A DNA stretch of 64,000 nucleotides from Anolis carolinensis (GCF_035594765.1 NC_085844.1:74601923-74665922), one strand, 5' to 3'; positions 38,083-49,808 are shown, numbered from the stretch's first letter. Notes: generated from the letters alone by a model not told the origin. A program made the numbers and translations.

Positions 38083-38388
38083 CAGTAGTATCTCACTTAT
38101 CCAAGCTAAACGGGCTGGCAGAAGCTTGGATAAGCGAATATCTTGGATAATAAGGAGGGATTAAGGAAAAGCCTATTAAACATCAAATTAGGTTATGATT
38201 TTACAAATTACGCACCAAAGCATCATGTTATACAAAAAATTTGACAGAAAAAGTAGTTCAATACGCAGGAATGTTATGTTGTAATTACTGTATTTACGAA
38301 TTTAGCACCAAAATATCACGATATATTGAAAACATTGACTACAAAAATGGCTTGAATAATCCAGAAGCTTGGATAAGTGAGACTACTG
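38083..38388. mobile_element. Tc1/mariner-type MITE (same family)
   Basis: Same TIR and body, TA flanks. Confidence 0.8.
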
Positions 38389-38449
38389 TAGTTGATAAAG
38401 CCCAAGCTCTCAGCTCCATTTCAGTTGGGGAAAGACAAGGATTTCATCT

Positions 38450-38682
38450 CGTTGAAGGCTCTCATGGCCGGAATCCCTGGGTTGCTGTGAGTTTTCCGGG
38501 CTGTGTGGCCATGTTCCAGAAGCCTTCTCTCCTGACGTTTCGCCTGTATCTGTGGCAGGCATCCTCAGAGGTTATGAGACCTCACAACCTCTGGGGATGT
38601 CTGCCACTGATGCAGGCGAAACGTCAGGAGAGAATGCTTCAGGAACATGGCCACTACAGCCCGGAAAACTCACAGCATCCCA
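38450..38682. mobile_element. Penelope-like inverted terminal-repeat pair in ACOT13-B intron 1
   Basis: Two opposed arms; flanked by the direct repeat gatttcatctcg. Confidence 0.8.
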
Positions 38683-38774
38683 GATTTCATCTCGGTTTTT
38701 TTGTCAGAAAAGGCAAGGATCTCACTTCAGTATTCTCTCAAGCGCTCTCTCTCTTACACACACAATATGGCTAC

Positions 38775-38858
38775 CTTGTTTAGCACTCGATCAAAACCCG
38801 ACGCCTCCGTGACGGCCTTCATCCCCTCGCGAAGGGACTGGAGCGTGGAGCGGTTCAT
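38775..38858 (-). CDS. ACOT13: Acyl-CoA thioesterase 13 copy B, exon 1 of 3; CDS complement(join(31220..31376,33477..33661,38775..38858)), 141 aa
   Basis: MNRSTLQSLREGMKAVTEASGFDRVLNK, donor AAG|GTAGCC; head-to-head with TDP2 as in other vertebrates. Confidence 0.92.
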
Positions 38859-39020
38859 GGTAGTGAAGAGGTCCAGGAGAAAAGCGTAACTGCGGTTCCC
38901 GGAGAAACAAGCGGCCCGCGCGGACCCCCCGCATCCGTCATGGGGCGTGGCTTCTGGGAGGGTAGGGACCCATTGCGCATGCGGGGGGTCCGCGCGGGCC
39001 CGCTTGCTTCTCCAGGCAAG
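38859..39020. promoter_or_regulatory. Bidirectional ACOT13-B/TDP2 promoter (162 nt between start codons) containing an inverted repeat
   Basis: CpG-rich; NRF1-type TGCGCATGCG, Sp/KLF GGGGCGTGG, ZNF143-like CTACCCTCCCAGAAGC (minus strand); arms 38901-38934 and 38979-39013. Confidence 0.85.
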
Positions 39021-39203
39021 ATGGAGGCAGACAGCACGGCGCAAGGGCGGGAGCCGGAACTGCTGCGACCCTCTGAGGAAGAGGAGCGGCGGGAAAAGCT
39101 TGAGGAGACCCGGAAGCGCCTTTGCCTGGACTTTGCCAACGTCAGCGGCACGGACGTAGCTGTTGCCCAGTGCTACTTGGCAGAGAATGACTGGGACATG
39201 CAA
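39021..39203 (+). CDS. TDP2: Tyrosyl-DNA phosphodiesterase 2, exon 1 of 7; CDS join(39021..39203,42843..42922,44011..44184,45422..45513,45923..46041,47107..47277,50042..50323), 366 aa
   Basis: aagATGG start; UBA-like segment RKRLCLDFANVSGTDVAVAQCYLAENDWDMQ; CAA|GTAAAT donor; total 1101 nt in frame. Confidence 0.93.
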
Positions 39204-39523
39204 GTAAATGAAAGACTGTGGACCCATGCTAATTGTTTTGACCATTTCTACCGTCATTTATATACTCCCCTCTATAGGACCTCCAGTGCGACTCTGTGGC
39301 AGATGTTGACCACAGACAGAGCCTTGCTAGAGGATCTAGAGATTCCAGGCAGGAAACAGTCAGGGCCAGCAAACACCCCCAACAAAGGATCCCCCAGGCA
39401 GGAAGCAGCCAGGCTTTGAAGCTGCAAGGCTATTCAGTGCTAATCAGGGTGGCCAACTGCAACATTCACTCTTGCCTCAGGCAAACAAGAGTTCTTTCTC
39501 CCATCCTGGACATTCCACAGATA

Positions 39524-39844
39524 CAGTAGAGTCTTACTTATCCAAGCTAAACAGGCCGGCAGAACCTTGGATAAGCAAATATCTTGGATAATAAGGAGGG
39601 ATTAAGGAAAAGGCTATTAAACATCAAATTAGGTTATGATTTTACAAATTAAGCACCAAAACATCATGTTATATAACAAATTTGACAGGAAAGTAGTTCA
39701 ATACGCAGTAATGTTATTTTGTAATTACTGTATTTACGAATTTAGCACCAAAATATCACGATGTATTGAAAACATTGACTACAAAAATGCCTTGGATATT
39801 CCAGAACCTGGATAAGCGAGTCTTGGATAAGTGAGACTCTACTG
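39524..39844. mobile_element. Tc1/mariner-type MITE inserted in a Penelope fragment (about 39340-39978)
   Basis: Same TIR; splits the Penelope sequence at cagata|tataaacccc. Confidence 0.85.
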
Positions 39845-40228
39845 TATATAAACCCCACTTGCCTAGTTTCCAACTGACCTTACAACCTCTGAGAATGCCT
39901 GCCATAGATGTGGGCAAAACATCAGGATAGAATGCTTCTGGAACATGGCCATACAGCCTGGAAAACTCACAGCAATCCATTGATCTTTTTCTTAGCAGCA
40001 CAGTTGGTGTTTCTTCGCCATATTTGGAAGACTTTCCTTTTCATATCTTTGATCTAATTCTCATCTAAGTGTCTTGATGTTGGGTTGCTCTGAGTTTTCC
40101 AGGCTGTATGGCCATATTCCAGAAGCATTCTCTCCTGACGTTTTGCCCATATCTATGGCAGGCATCCTTAGAGGTTGTGAGTCTTGATGTTTCTTCATTT
40201 GGTGTCCAATTGTTTGTTTACAAGCAAG

Positions 40229-41450
40229 GCAGACTCTAGCAATACATGGAGCGAGAGTTGCCAGATGTCCAAGCTGAGTTCAGAAAAGGCAAAAGAACGA
40301 GAGACCAAATTGCCAATATCTGCTGGATAATGGAGGAAGCCAGGGAGTTTCAGGAAAACATCTACTTCTGCTTTATTGACTATTCTAAAGCCTTCGAATG
40401 TGTGGATCATAATAAACTATGGCATGTTCTTGGTGGTATGGGGATACCAAGTCACCTTGTCTGTCTCCTGAGAAATCTGTATAAAGACCAAGTAGCCACA
40501 GTAAGAACAGATCACGGAACAGACTGGTTCAAGATTGGGAAAGGAGTGCGGCAGGGCTGCATACTTTCACCCTCCCTATTCAACTTGTATGCAGAACACA
40601 TCATGCGATGTGCGGCTTGAGGAATCCAAGGCCGGAGTTAAAATTGCTGGAAGAAACATTAACAACCTTAGGTATGCAGATGATACCACTCTGATGGCCG
40701 AAAGCGAGGAGGAGCTGAGGAGCCTTATCACCAAGTTGAAAGAAGAAAGTGCAAAAGCTGGGTTGCAGTTAAACATCAAGAAAACCAAGATCATGGCAAC
40801 TACACCTATTGATAACCGGCAAATAGAAGGAGAAAGCATGGAGGCAGTGGCAGACTTTATATTTCTAGGTGCGAAAATCAAAGCAGATGCAGACTGCAGC
40901 CAGGAAATCAGAAGATATTTACTTCTTGGGAGGAGAGCAATGGCCAACCTTGATAAAATAATGAAAAGCAGAGACATCACACTGGCAACGAAGGTCAGCA
41001 TAGACAAAGCAATTGTATTCCCCATAGTAACTTATGGGTGCGAGAGCTGGACCATAAGGAAGGCTGAACGAAGGAAGATAGATGCTTTTGAACTTTGGTA
41101 CTGGAGGAAAATCCTGAGAGTGCCTTGGACCACAAGAAGATCCAACCAGTCCATCCTCCAGGAAATAATGCCCGACTGCTCACTGGAGGGAAGGATATTG
41201 GAGGCAAAGCTTAAGTATTTTGGCCACATCATGAGGAGACAGGAAAGCTTGGAAAAGATCACGATGCTGGGGAAAATGGAAGGAAAAAGGAAGAGAAGTC
41301 GACCAAGGGTGAGATGGGTGGACGGTATCCTTGAAGTGATTGGCTTGACCTTGAAGGATCTGGGGGCGGCAATGGCTGACAGGGAGCTCTGGCGTGGACT
41401 GGTCCATGAGGTCACAAAGAGTCGGAGACGACTATGCGATTGAGCAGCAA
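40229..41450 (+). mobile_element. RTE/BovB LINE, 5'-truncated, in TDP2 intron 1
   Basis: CFIDYSKAF, GVRQGCILSP and NNLRYADDTTLMAESEEEL RT motifs; frameshifted. Confidence 0.93.
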
Positions 41451-41856
41451 TAATAGAGGTCTTCAGTTTATTCTAATGTTCCTCAACATTTACAGGGTGT
41501 TCCATGAGTAGATGATCCTTAAGAGTTGTTTGGAGATCTTGCCACCATGGATCAGTTGTAGTATGCCTCATCTTGCCTTCTTGATAATAATAAGCTTTTA
41601 AAAATTAACCAAGACTTTTTTTTTCATCAGCAGTGTATTAGTTTGTCCATTTCAGCTATTTCATACATTTTCACCCACTAGTGAAATATTTCTATTGTAT
41701 ATTTATTGTGATTGGAAGCCATCTTGGCTATCACTCAGGAAGAAAGGCAGCACATATTTATTTATTTATAGCATTTATATTCTGCCCTTCTCACCCCGAA
41801 GGGGACTCAGGGCGGATCACATTACACATATAGGCAAACATTCAATGCCTTTTAAT

Positions 41857-42567
41857 CATAGAATCATAGAATCATAGAATAGTAGAGTTGGAAGAGACCA
41901 CATGGGCCATCTAGTCCAACCCCCTGCTAAGAAGCAGGAAATCGCATTCAAAGCACCCCCGACAGATGGCCATCCAGCCTCTGCTTAAAACCCTCCAAGG
42001 AAGGAGCCTCCACCACAGCCCCGGGGAGAGAGTTCCACTGTCGAACAGCTCTCACAGTGAGGAAGTTCTTCCTGATGTTCAGGTGGAATCTCCTTTCCTG
42101 TCGTTTGAAGCCATTGTTCCGTGTCCTAGTCTGCAGGGCAGCAGAAAACAAGCTTGCTCCCTCTTCCTTATGACTTCCCTTCACATATTTGTACATGGCT
42201 ATCATGTCTCCTCTCAGCCTTCTCTTCTGCAGGCTAAACATGCCCAGCTCTTTAAGCCGCTCCTCATAGGGCTTGTTCTCCAGACCCTTAATCATTTTAG
42301 TCGCCCTCCTCTGGACGCTTTCCAGCTTGTCAACATCTCCCTTCAACTGTGGTGCCCAAAATTGGACACAGTATTCCAGGTGTGGTCTGACCAAGGCAGA
42401 ATAGAGGGGGAGCATAACTTCCCTGGATCTAGACGCTATTCCCCTATTGATGCAGGCCAGAATCCCATTGGCTTTTTTAGCAGCCGCATCACATTGTTGG
42501 CTCATGTTTAACTTGTTGTCCACGAGGACTCCAAGGTCTTTTTCGCACACACTGCTGTCAAGCCAGG
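41857..42567 (-). mobile_element. CR1 LINE 3' fragment
   Basis: ORF 41948..42550 is the CR1 ORF2 C-terminus; (tcatagaa)n tail. Confidence 0.93.
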
Positions 42568-42842
42568 GTTAACATAGAACAAAGACAAACAAACATAGGC
42601 TCCGAGCGGGCCTCAAACTCATGACCTCCTGGTCAGAGTGATTCATTGCAGTGAATCATTGCAGCTGCTGTCCAGCCTCTCCACAGCCCGAGATAAATAA
42701 AATAATGTGGCTGGCTTCCTCCCCCCCCCCCCCCCCGTGCTTTTTGTTTTTCATTTTGAGTAAAGTATTCCTGTTCATGATGTTTTTAAGCAACTTGAAG
42801 TCAGTCATGATCCACCTATTTGTCTGGTGTTTTGTTTTCTAG

Positions 42843-42922
42843 AGAGCTCTGAATTCTTATTTTGAGCCACCACTTGATGAACCGGCCATGGACACGATGC
42901 CTCCTCCTGTAACAGAGACCTT
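42843..42922 (+). CDS. TDP2: TDP2 exon 2
   Basis: ttctag|AGA; RALNSYFEPPLDEPAMDTMPPPVTET; TT|GTAAGT. Confidence 0.93.
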
Positions 42923-44010
42923 GTAAGTTACTAGTATAAAAAGTCTTGGTCTTTACATCTGAAGAACAGTGTGGAAAACAGTAATAATAATAATAATAAT
43001 AATAAATTTATTCTTATATCCCGCCCCATCTCCCCGAGGGGACTCGGGGCGGCTCACAACAATAATAAAAACAGTGACAAATTACACATTGTAAAATCAA
43101 ACATGAAAAGCAGTCATACAATCAATACATACATCACATGTTAAAAACAAGGAGATAAAACAATAACAATAATACAGCCCACTCAAAATTATTGGTATCT
43201 TGGTTTTTGGATTTGTTCCTGGAGTTATTTGGGGTACTGTTTCAGAAAATTCCACTGCGTAGACCACATCAGCACTAGTTTCTTCGATATGGTTATCATG
43301 GTTTTTTTTATGGTCGAGCACATGGTGACTGGTAGATTTTATATGTTCCATATCTCAAAAACTATAGCGGATAAAGGAAAACTGGTGTCAGTAGGTCAAA
43401 TATACCCAGAAACAGGTCTGTCATTTGAGGCACCAAAATGTGTGATGGCCACACAATAATAATAATAATGTTCTTTCTTTAAAACATACCATACGCAGCT
43501 TGATCCTATAGCAGAGTGACATGTCTTATTGCTCAAATAGAAAGAATAGGTTGAATATCCCTTATCCGAAATGGTTGGGACTAGAATTGTTTCGAAATTA
43601 GGATTTTTTTCCAGTTTTGGGAATACAGTACCTGTATTTGCTATGCTGTGACTGAAATAGGTGGTGATGCTGTTGCCGCCATCCATACTTGACATATCTA
43701 AAATAAGAGCTTAGGAAATTTAATGTGAGAAATGACAATCTGCCAGAACTTCCCAACTAGCATGACCTTTGCCAACTAGTGGTTTTTGGAATCATGTCCC
43801 CCCCTCCTTCCTGCAAAAAGGGATCTTTCCAGGTTTTGCGTAGACTTGGTTTTGACTTTAATATGTAGTTTTCACCCCGTCAGAATCAAATTGAATGAAG
43901 ACAAAACAAACTTTACAGTTGTGCACCTTCTTAAATATTTTGTTGCTAGGATATGAGTAAATAGTAAAAAAAATCTTTGAGGCAGTCTAACATTTGTCTG
44001 TTCTACCTAG

Positions 44011-44184
44011 TGTTGATCTTACTGGTGAATCATCTGATAATAGCGTACCTGCTGCTGTAGAAAAAATTGGTCTCAACCCACAAGATGATGAGAGTACATT
44101 GTCTTTAATTACCTGGAATATAGATGGCCTGGATTTGAAAAATCTTCCAGAAAGGGCACGAGGAGTCTGCTCTTATATTGCTTT
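44011..44184 (+). CDS. TDP2: TDP2 exon 3
   Basis: cctag|T; VDLT (SIM-like) and LSLITWNIDGLD (EEP family motif); TT|GTAAGT. Confidence 0.95.
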
Positions 44185-44657
44185 GTAAGTACTCACAGCA
44201 TTCATCCTATGATGCTTCTTTGAAATAACTGTGGCTTTTTTCCAAACAAAACCACAGGTGAAAAATAAAATAGAAGGACAGGTCCCAACATTTATCAAAT
44301 ATTTTTAGGTGTCTAGAAGTGTTTCTAAATTGCACTTTTATTTTACAACTGTCATATATTTTAGACCTTAATAACTATTATTCAGACCTTAATAACTATT
44401 ATTAAAAATAACATTTTTGACTAATTGTTCTGTAATGGGGAGAAAAATACTTTTGGAGGTCCCAGTGTAGTTTAAATATACACCAGAATTTGGTCGCAGA
44501 ACTTTTGGATCAGCTTTCTAATAGTTTTACACTAATGTGGCTTTTGGAAACCAAAAGCCAAGAGGTTTTTTGGTTCTGCAAAAATCATACGTCTGTCTCT
44601 TAGATCACGGATACAGGTGCTTTATTTCACATGAGAGTAGAAGTAAAATCAGTCAGA

Positions 44658-44888
44658 TGCTGTGAGTTTTCCAGGCTGTATGGACATGTTCTAGAAGCAT
44701 TTTTTTCTGACGTTTTGCCCACATCTGTGGCAGGCATCCTCCGAGGTTGTGAGGTCTACAACCTCTGAGGATGCCTGCCATAGATGTGGGTGAAACGTCA
44801 GGAGATAATGCTTCTGGAATATAGCCATACAGCCCGGAAACTTCACAGCAACCCAGTGATTCCAGGCATGAAAGCTTTTGACAACACA
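44658..44888. mobile_element. Penelope-like inverted pair in TDP2 intron 3
   Basis: Opposed arms of about 95 nt around 44750-44758. Confidence 0.8.
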
Positions 44889-45421
44889 TTTAAATCAGTT
44901 ACATTAGAGAATGATCTGCTAGTGGAGATCAGGAGATGGAGTAAAGAACTTGAAGTGCAGGCATATTCTCTTTGTAGAAGTGTGGCCTACTTGTTTTCCT
45001 TCATTTCACCTGTGCCTGGATAGGGATGGCAAGCTGCCTGGGCAAAACACCAAAATAAAAGCCTTCTAGTGATCAGACCAGGATGGAAATAGTGTTGCCA
45101 TCTGGGTGGCTCCAGGACCTTTATCAGTTATTATGTTCAGGACTTTGTACTCCTTGCATTTGTAGCTTGGCCACCATGGCGCAGTTCAGATATGGTGTGA
45201 GTCATGAAGTATTGTACACTGATTAACATACATGTGTGTGATCACACTGGTTGTTTTTAAAAAGAGCAAAAGACATCCACAATGAAACAGCAAATTTATG
45301 GTCATTCGGTAGCCTAGCACAGCTCTGCTAATCGGAATCAATTGTATTTTTCTTTTTTGCATTATAGTATTATGGTATGTTGCCTTTTGCCTTCTATTAT
45401 AATTTCCACCTTTTCATTTAG

Positions 45422-45513
45422 ATACAGCCCAGATGTTGTTTTTTTACAGGAGGTTATTCCTCCACTTTTTGACTACCTACAGAAGAGAGCAGTCAGTTAC
45501 ACAATTATTCCAG
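45422..45513 (+). CDS. TDP2: TDP2 exon 4
   Basis: tttag|A; YSPDVVFLQEVIPP (metal-binding Glu); G|GTAAAA. Confidence 0.95.
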
Positions 45514-45922
45514 GTAAAATGGTGTTTTATAATAATTGCAATATACTCAATCATATTGTTGTCATTGTGTTCAGTGTGGGGACAGAGTCTGGAGGCTGTT
45601 AGGAATTGAAGTCCAAAAACACCCGGAGGGTCAAAGTTTATCCATGCCTGGGTTAGCTGCAGAGATTGAAAGTTATTTTTTGGTATGGTGCATTCTATAA
45701 TCTTTTAGCTAGCTGGGGCCAGGATCTTAGTCTACCAAGTTCTGACCACAATTTAGTGGTTAGGATATTACACTAAACTACAGTTAATACACTTGGAAAC
45801 AAAAGCATATGGGGTGGTGCATTCTGCATAAAATTGAGTTCACTTTTCTATTACACAATTTTAAATAAAGTGTCATTAATATTGGCCTCTTTTTCTCTGT
45901 ATGTGTTTTTCTCTCTCTTCAG

Positions 45923-46041
45923 GTAATACGGACGCATATTTTACTGCCATAATGTTAAAAAAGTCAAGAGTAAAAATAATAAAACATGAAATAATACGTT
46001 TTCCTACAACATCTATGATGAGAAATTTACTAGCAGTGCAT
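45923..46041 (+). CDS. TDP2: TDP2 exon 5
   Basis: ttcag|GT; YFTAIMLKKSRVK...FPTTSMMRNLLAVH; CAT|GTGAGT. Confidence 0.95.
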
Positions 46042-46546
46042 GTGAGTCAACTGTACGTTTAGTTTATGGACAAGATTATTTGGTCTAACATTACAAGTCC
46101 TCTGAAGTGGGTTACATTGATCAATTGTCAAGGGAAACCTTTTTTTAGAAAATTCCCTCTTTAGATGTATAAATCAATTTTACTTCTGTTTTTTAATTGG
46201 GTAGCTATTTAACTTTTTGTTTAATATAAACACAACATAGCTATTTGGGAAGATGCTGTGGAGAAATTGAGAAAACTGTTTTTAAAATGCAAACAAAATT
46301 CAATAGTAAAAGAAAAGACTGTTTTTAAATCTTGTTGTCATTTAACTAGAAGAAAAATTGCATTTTAAAAATGCACCTTTATCTCATAGCCACTAGTATT
46401 TTCTGTCTCTGAAGCACCACCATTTTGATTGTACAGGAGAAGCCAAAATTAACCTGATCTTCTGTCCCCAGAATGTTTCCAGCCTAAGGTAGAAAAATAA
46501 GAAATTTAAGATAGCAATGGAGGTAAAGTACATGTATCATATATGT

Positions 46547-46865
46547 CAGAGCTTTCAAACACTTCATGTTGGTGACACACTTTTTACACTTCCATCATTT
46601 TACATCACAGTAATTCAGTTCTAGCAAACTGGAGATTATCCCAAGCCCTTATAAGAAATATGGAGACATACTTAAATTCTAATAATGAAACATATGGGGA
46701 CACAACATTTTTCACAAAAACCCTTTCCCTTCATATTTTAAAAAAATATTTGATTTATTGCTTATTTCACATCATCTCAGAGGTTTCTCGTCCCATTCAT
46801 GCAAGACACCTTTAAACTACAGCTGGCACACTAATGTGTCACAACACACAGTTTGGAAAGCTCTG
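46547..46865. mobile_element. hAT-like MITE
   Basis: TIR cagagctttcaaac / gtttggaaagctctg, imperfect 8-bp flanks atatatgt / atatagat. Confidence 0.6.
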
Positions 46866-47106
46866 ATATAGATGTTCTTGGTTTATAGCTCCATTATCCC
46901 TCACCATTGGTTGTGCTAGTTTTGTTTGAGTAATTCTATAACCCAGTAATATCTGAAAGGCCACCCCATTCCTAGTCTTAGAAAATACCTGTCTTTCGGC
47001 TAATCAAAACTATAGGGCCAAATTTGATGAGTAGGGAGAATTAACTAGTATTGTAAGAAAAACTGGCATCATGTAATGTTTATTTTACAACTTTCTCTTT
47101 TAACAG

Positions 47107-47277
47107 GCAACTGTTTTTGGCAACGAGCTCTGCTTTATGACTTCCCATCTAGAAAGTACTAAGGACCATGGTGAGGAACGTTTAAACCAGTTGAAAATGG
47201 TGCTGGCAAAAATGAAAGAGGTTCCTGAGTCCACTACTGTAATCTTTGGAGGAGATACAAATCTGAGAGACAAAGAG
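47107..47277 (+). CDS. TDP2: TDP2 exon 6
   Basis: aacag|GCA; LCFMTSHLES and VIFGGDTNLRD catalytic motifs; GAG|GTGAAC. Confidence 0.96.
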
Positions 47278-48030
47278 GTGAACTGAAGTAAAACTGCTTG
47301 GGGGTTTCTTTTGTAGCTATTTTGTAAAAGTTATTGTTGGCTTTACAGGTATTCTGCAGTTAATAAGGAAGTTGTGCTCCAGGGTCTTACTTCTTCAGAT
47401 ACTGAAATTACATGGAAGGAATAAGGAGAGGCCCTAAATTACTGAAAAAAGTGGCAGTTCAGGTTTTTATCAAAACTAATGCAATAGACAAGTCTTGCAT
47501 AAGTAAAAACAAAGAAAAATACAGGCCAATGGATTTTTTTTGTCTAATGCATCCAAAAATGACTACTTCTTTCCCCACCAACCATTGATGATTTCTATTT
47601 TGATGGTCACTTATAGATTTAATGGGGTTTTTTTTTAAATCTTCTGGAGGCAGCTGGTGAGGCAAGGAGTTCATCTGCTCTTGCCTTTTTTTCTGTTCTG
47701 ATATTTGCACTTTCTCAAATTGTGCAGGCAGCTTTTTCTTACTTTTCCTGTTTTAAGCAGGCACACACATCTATGTGCGATCAGCTAGTGCAGAATCCAG
47801 CTCTTTCCCAGATCAAGCTTTATTGTATTGTTTACTGTAACACAACACTGAAATATTGTTTCTCCAGCTTTCCTTCACTATTCTCCCTATGTCGACTCTG
47901 TTAAAAAACTTAGTAGACAGAGGACAAGGAGGACTGGTTGGGCAGAAAATAAAAGAATTTTATCAGTTTTACCGTCAGAGTTTGTTAAATGAGGTATGCT
48001 TGCATTTGCATCTGCTATGAGTAACAAAAG

Positions 48031-48361
48031 GAGCCCCGGTGGTGAAGTGTGTTAAAGCGCTGAGCTGCTGAACTTGCAGACTGAAAGGTCGCAGGTTCAA
48101 ATACCAGGAGCGGAGTGAGCGCCCGCTATTAGCTCCAGCTTCTGCCAACCTAGCAGTTCGAAAACATACAGATGTGAGTAGATCAATAGGTACCGCTCCC
48201 GCGGGAAGATAACGGCGCTCCATGCAGTCATGCCGACCACATGACCTTGGAGGTGTCTATGGACAACGCCGGCTCTTCGGCTTAGAAATGGAAACGAGCA
48301 CCAACCCCCAGAGTCAGACATGACTGGACTTAACGTCAGGGGAAACCTTTACCTTTACCTT
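48031..48361 (+). mobile_element. Sauria SINE, full length
   Basis: tRNA-like head with A and B box-like motifs, (acctt)n tail. Confidence 0.88.
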
Positions 48362-49674
48362 ATGAATAACAAGTTTTTTTGGTTTTTTTTTTTTGTTAGG
48401 AGCTACTTGAGAAACTGCAAGTTGCTTCTGCTGAGAGGGAATTGGCCATCTGCAAGGACGTTCCCCCAGGGGATGCCCGGATGTTTAATGTTTTACTATA
48501 CTGTGGGAGGTTTCTCTCATGTCCCCGCATGGGGAGCTAGAGCTAACAGACAGGAGCTCCCCCCGCTCCCCGGATTTGAACCAGTGACTTTTCGAGCAGC
48601 AGTCTTGCTGGCACAAGGGTTTAACCCATTGCACCACTGGGGGCTCCTGAGTAACAAGTGATCTCGGGGGGGGGGGAATCAAATGCCTTTTAAGAAAAGT
48701 TTATTTAAAGTTCCTTCTCATCAAATGGTAAAATGAGGCAGGCTAAACAAATGTTACTTGTCCCCAAATTGAAAGACTGTTGCTAAGGAGGAGTGACTTC
48801 ATACGCCTACTTTTCAATCTGTTGGGTTGCTGGTGATTTTATGACAAAATTAATTCAACATTAATTGGGCTTGAACATTTTAAATATCTTCAAGTATAAC
48901 AGTGAAAATACTGTATTTAGTCCATTCTACTGCTCACCCCTTTTTTACTAAATTACCTTTCCAAAATTCGGGTACACATTAGATTCATGTAATATGGTAC
49001 TTATTTGGGTTTCAGGGTTTTGAAAATTGAGGTGTGCATTAGATTCAATGGCACATTAGACTCGAGTCAATACAGGTAATGATTTATTGTTGTGTGCCTT
49101 CAAGTCAGTTCCAACTTGTGTGATTTTCTGGGGCTGGGGGAGTGCGACTTATCCAGGGTCACCCAGTGGCTTTTAATGGCTGAACAGGAAATAGAATCCT
49201 GGTCTCCAGAGTAGTAGTCCAACTCTGAAACCCCTACCATGCTGCTATCTTTAAACAGTGATAGGAAATGTTAGTTTGTGAGATTTAATCCCCAACATAA
49301 ATTATACTTAAGAAGCAAGGTCACTTGGGCTTGCTTATTTCCTGATCTTATTTTTCAGAATGTTAATTCAAATTAACCCAGAATCCCCCAGTTATGGAAT
49401 GATCTGAGCTCTGGCACAATATAAAGCGGGATCTCAGACCTCCAGGCAGAGGAAGGATATTTAGGATATTCTCAGAAGGAAAGTACCACAACCTTTGAAA
49501 GTTAAAATTTTTCATCTTAGGACACTTGTACAATCAAGATGTTTCTTAAAGTTCCTGACTCTCTGAAAACCATATAAAAAGATATAAACTGATTGTGACA
49601 AACCTTTGTTGTTTTTAAATTGTTTTTACTACAGATTGAGCATTGCTTAGCTGGAATTCCAAAATCCGAAATTG

Positions 49675-49808
49675 NNNNNNNNNNNNNNNNNNNNNNNNNN
49701 NNNNNNNNNNNNNNNNNNNNNNNNNNNNNNNNNNNNNNNNNNNNNNNNNNNNNNNNNNNNNNNNNNNNNNNNNNNNNNNNNNNNNNNNNNNNNNNNNNNN
49801 NNNNNNNN
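49675..49808. other. Assembly gap (134 N) inside a TIR element (about 49631-49966) in TDP2 intron 6
   Basis: Run of N; exons 6 and 7 join in frame, so no coding exon needs to lie in the gap. Confidence 0.98.

Larger units (their letters stand above)
29471..39236. repeat. Tandem segmental duplication, unit B
   Basis: Matches unit A; lacks the equivalents of about 15267-16668 and 17105-18163; has about 33900-37200 extra. Confidence 0.93.

Noticed and set aside
15150-39236. Duplication as an uncollapsed-haplotype artefact
   Set aside because: Dense substitutions, several copy-specific TEs with TSDs and kb-scale indels exceed what I would expect for alleles; read depth is still needed for proof
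38754-39419. ORFs 38754..39257 (-) and 38940..39419 (+) as extended single-exon genes
   Set aside because: They are the ACOT13-B and TDP2 first exons read through promoter and intron; the real starts are 38858 and 39021
48031-48120. tRNA genes at SINE heads
   Set aside because: A and B box-like motifs run straight into SINE bodies and no complete cloverleaf is evident
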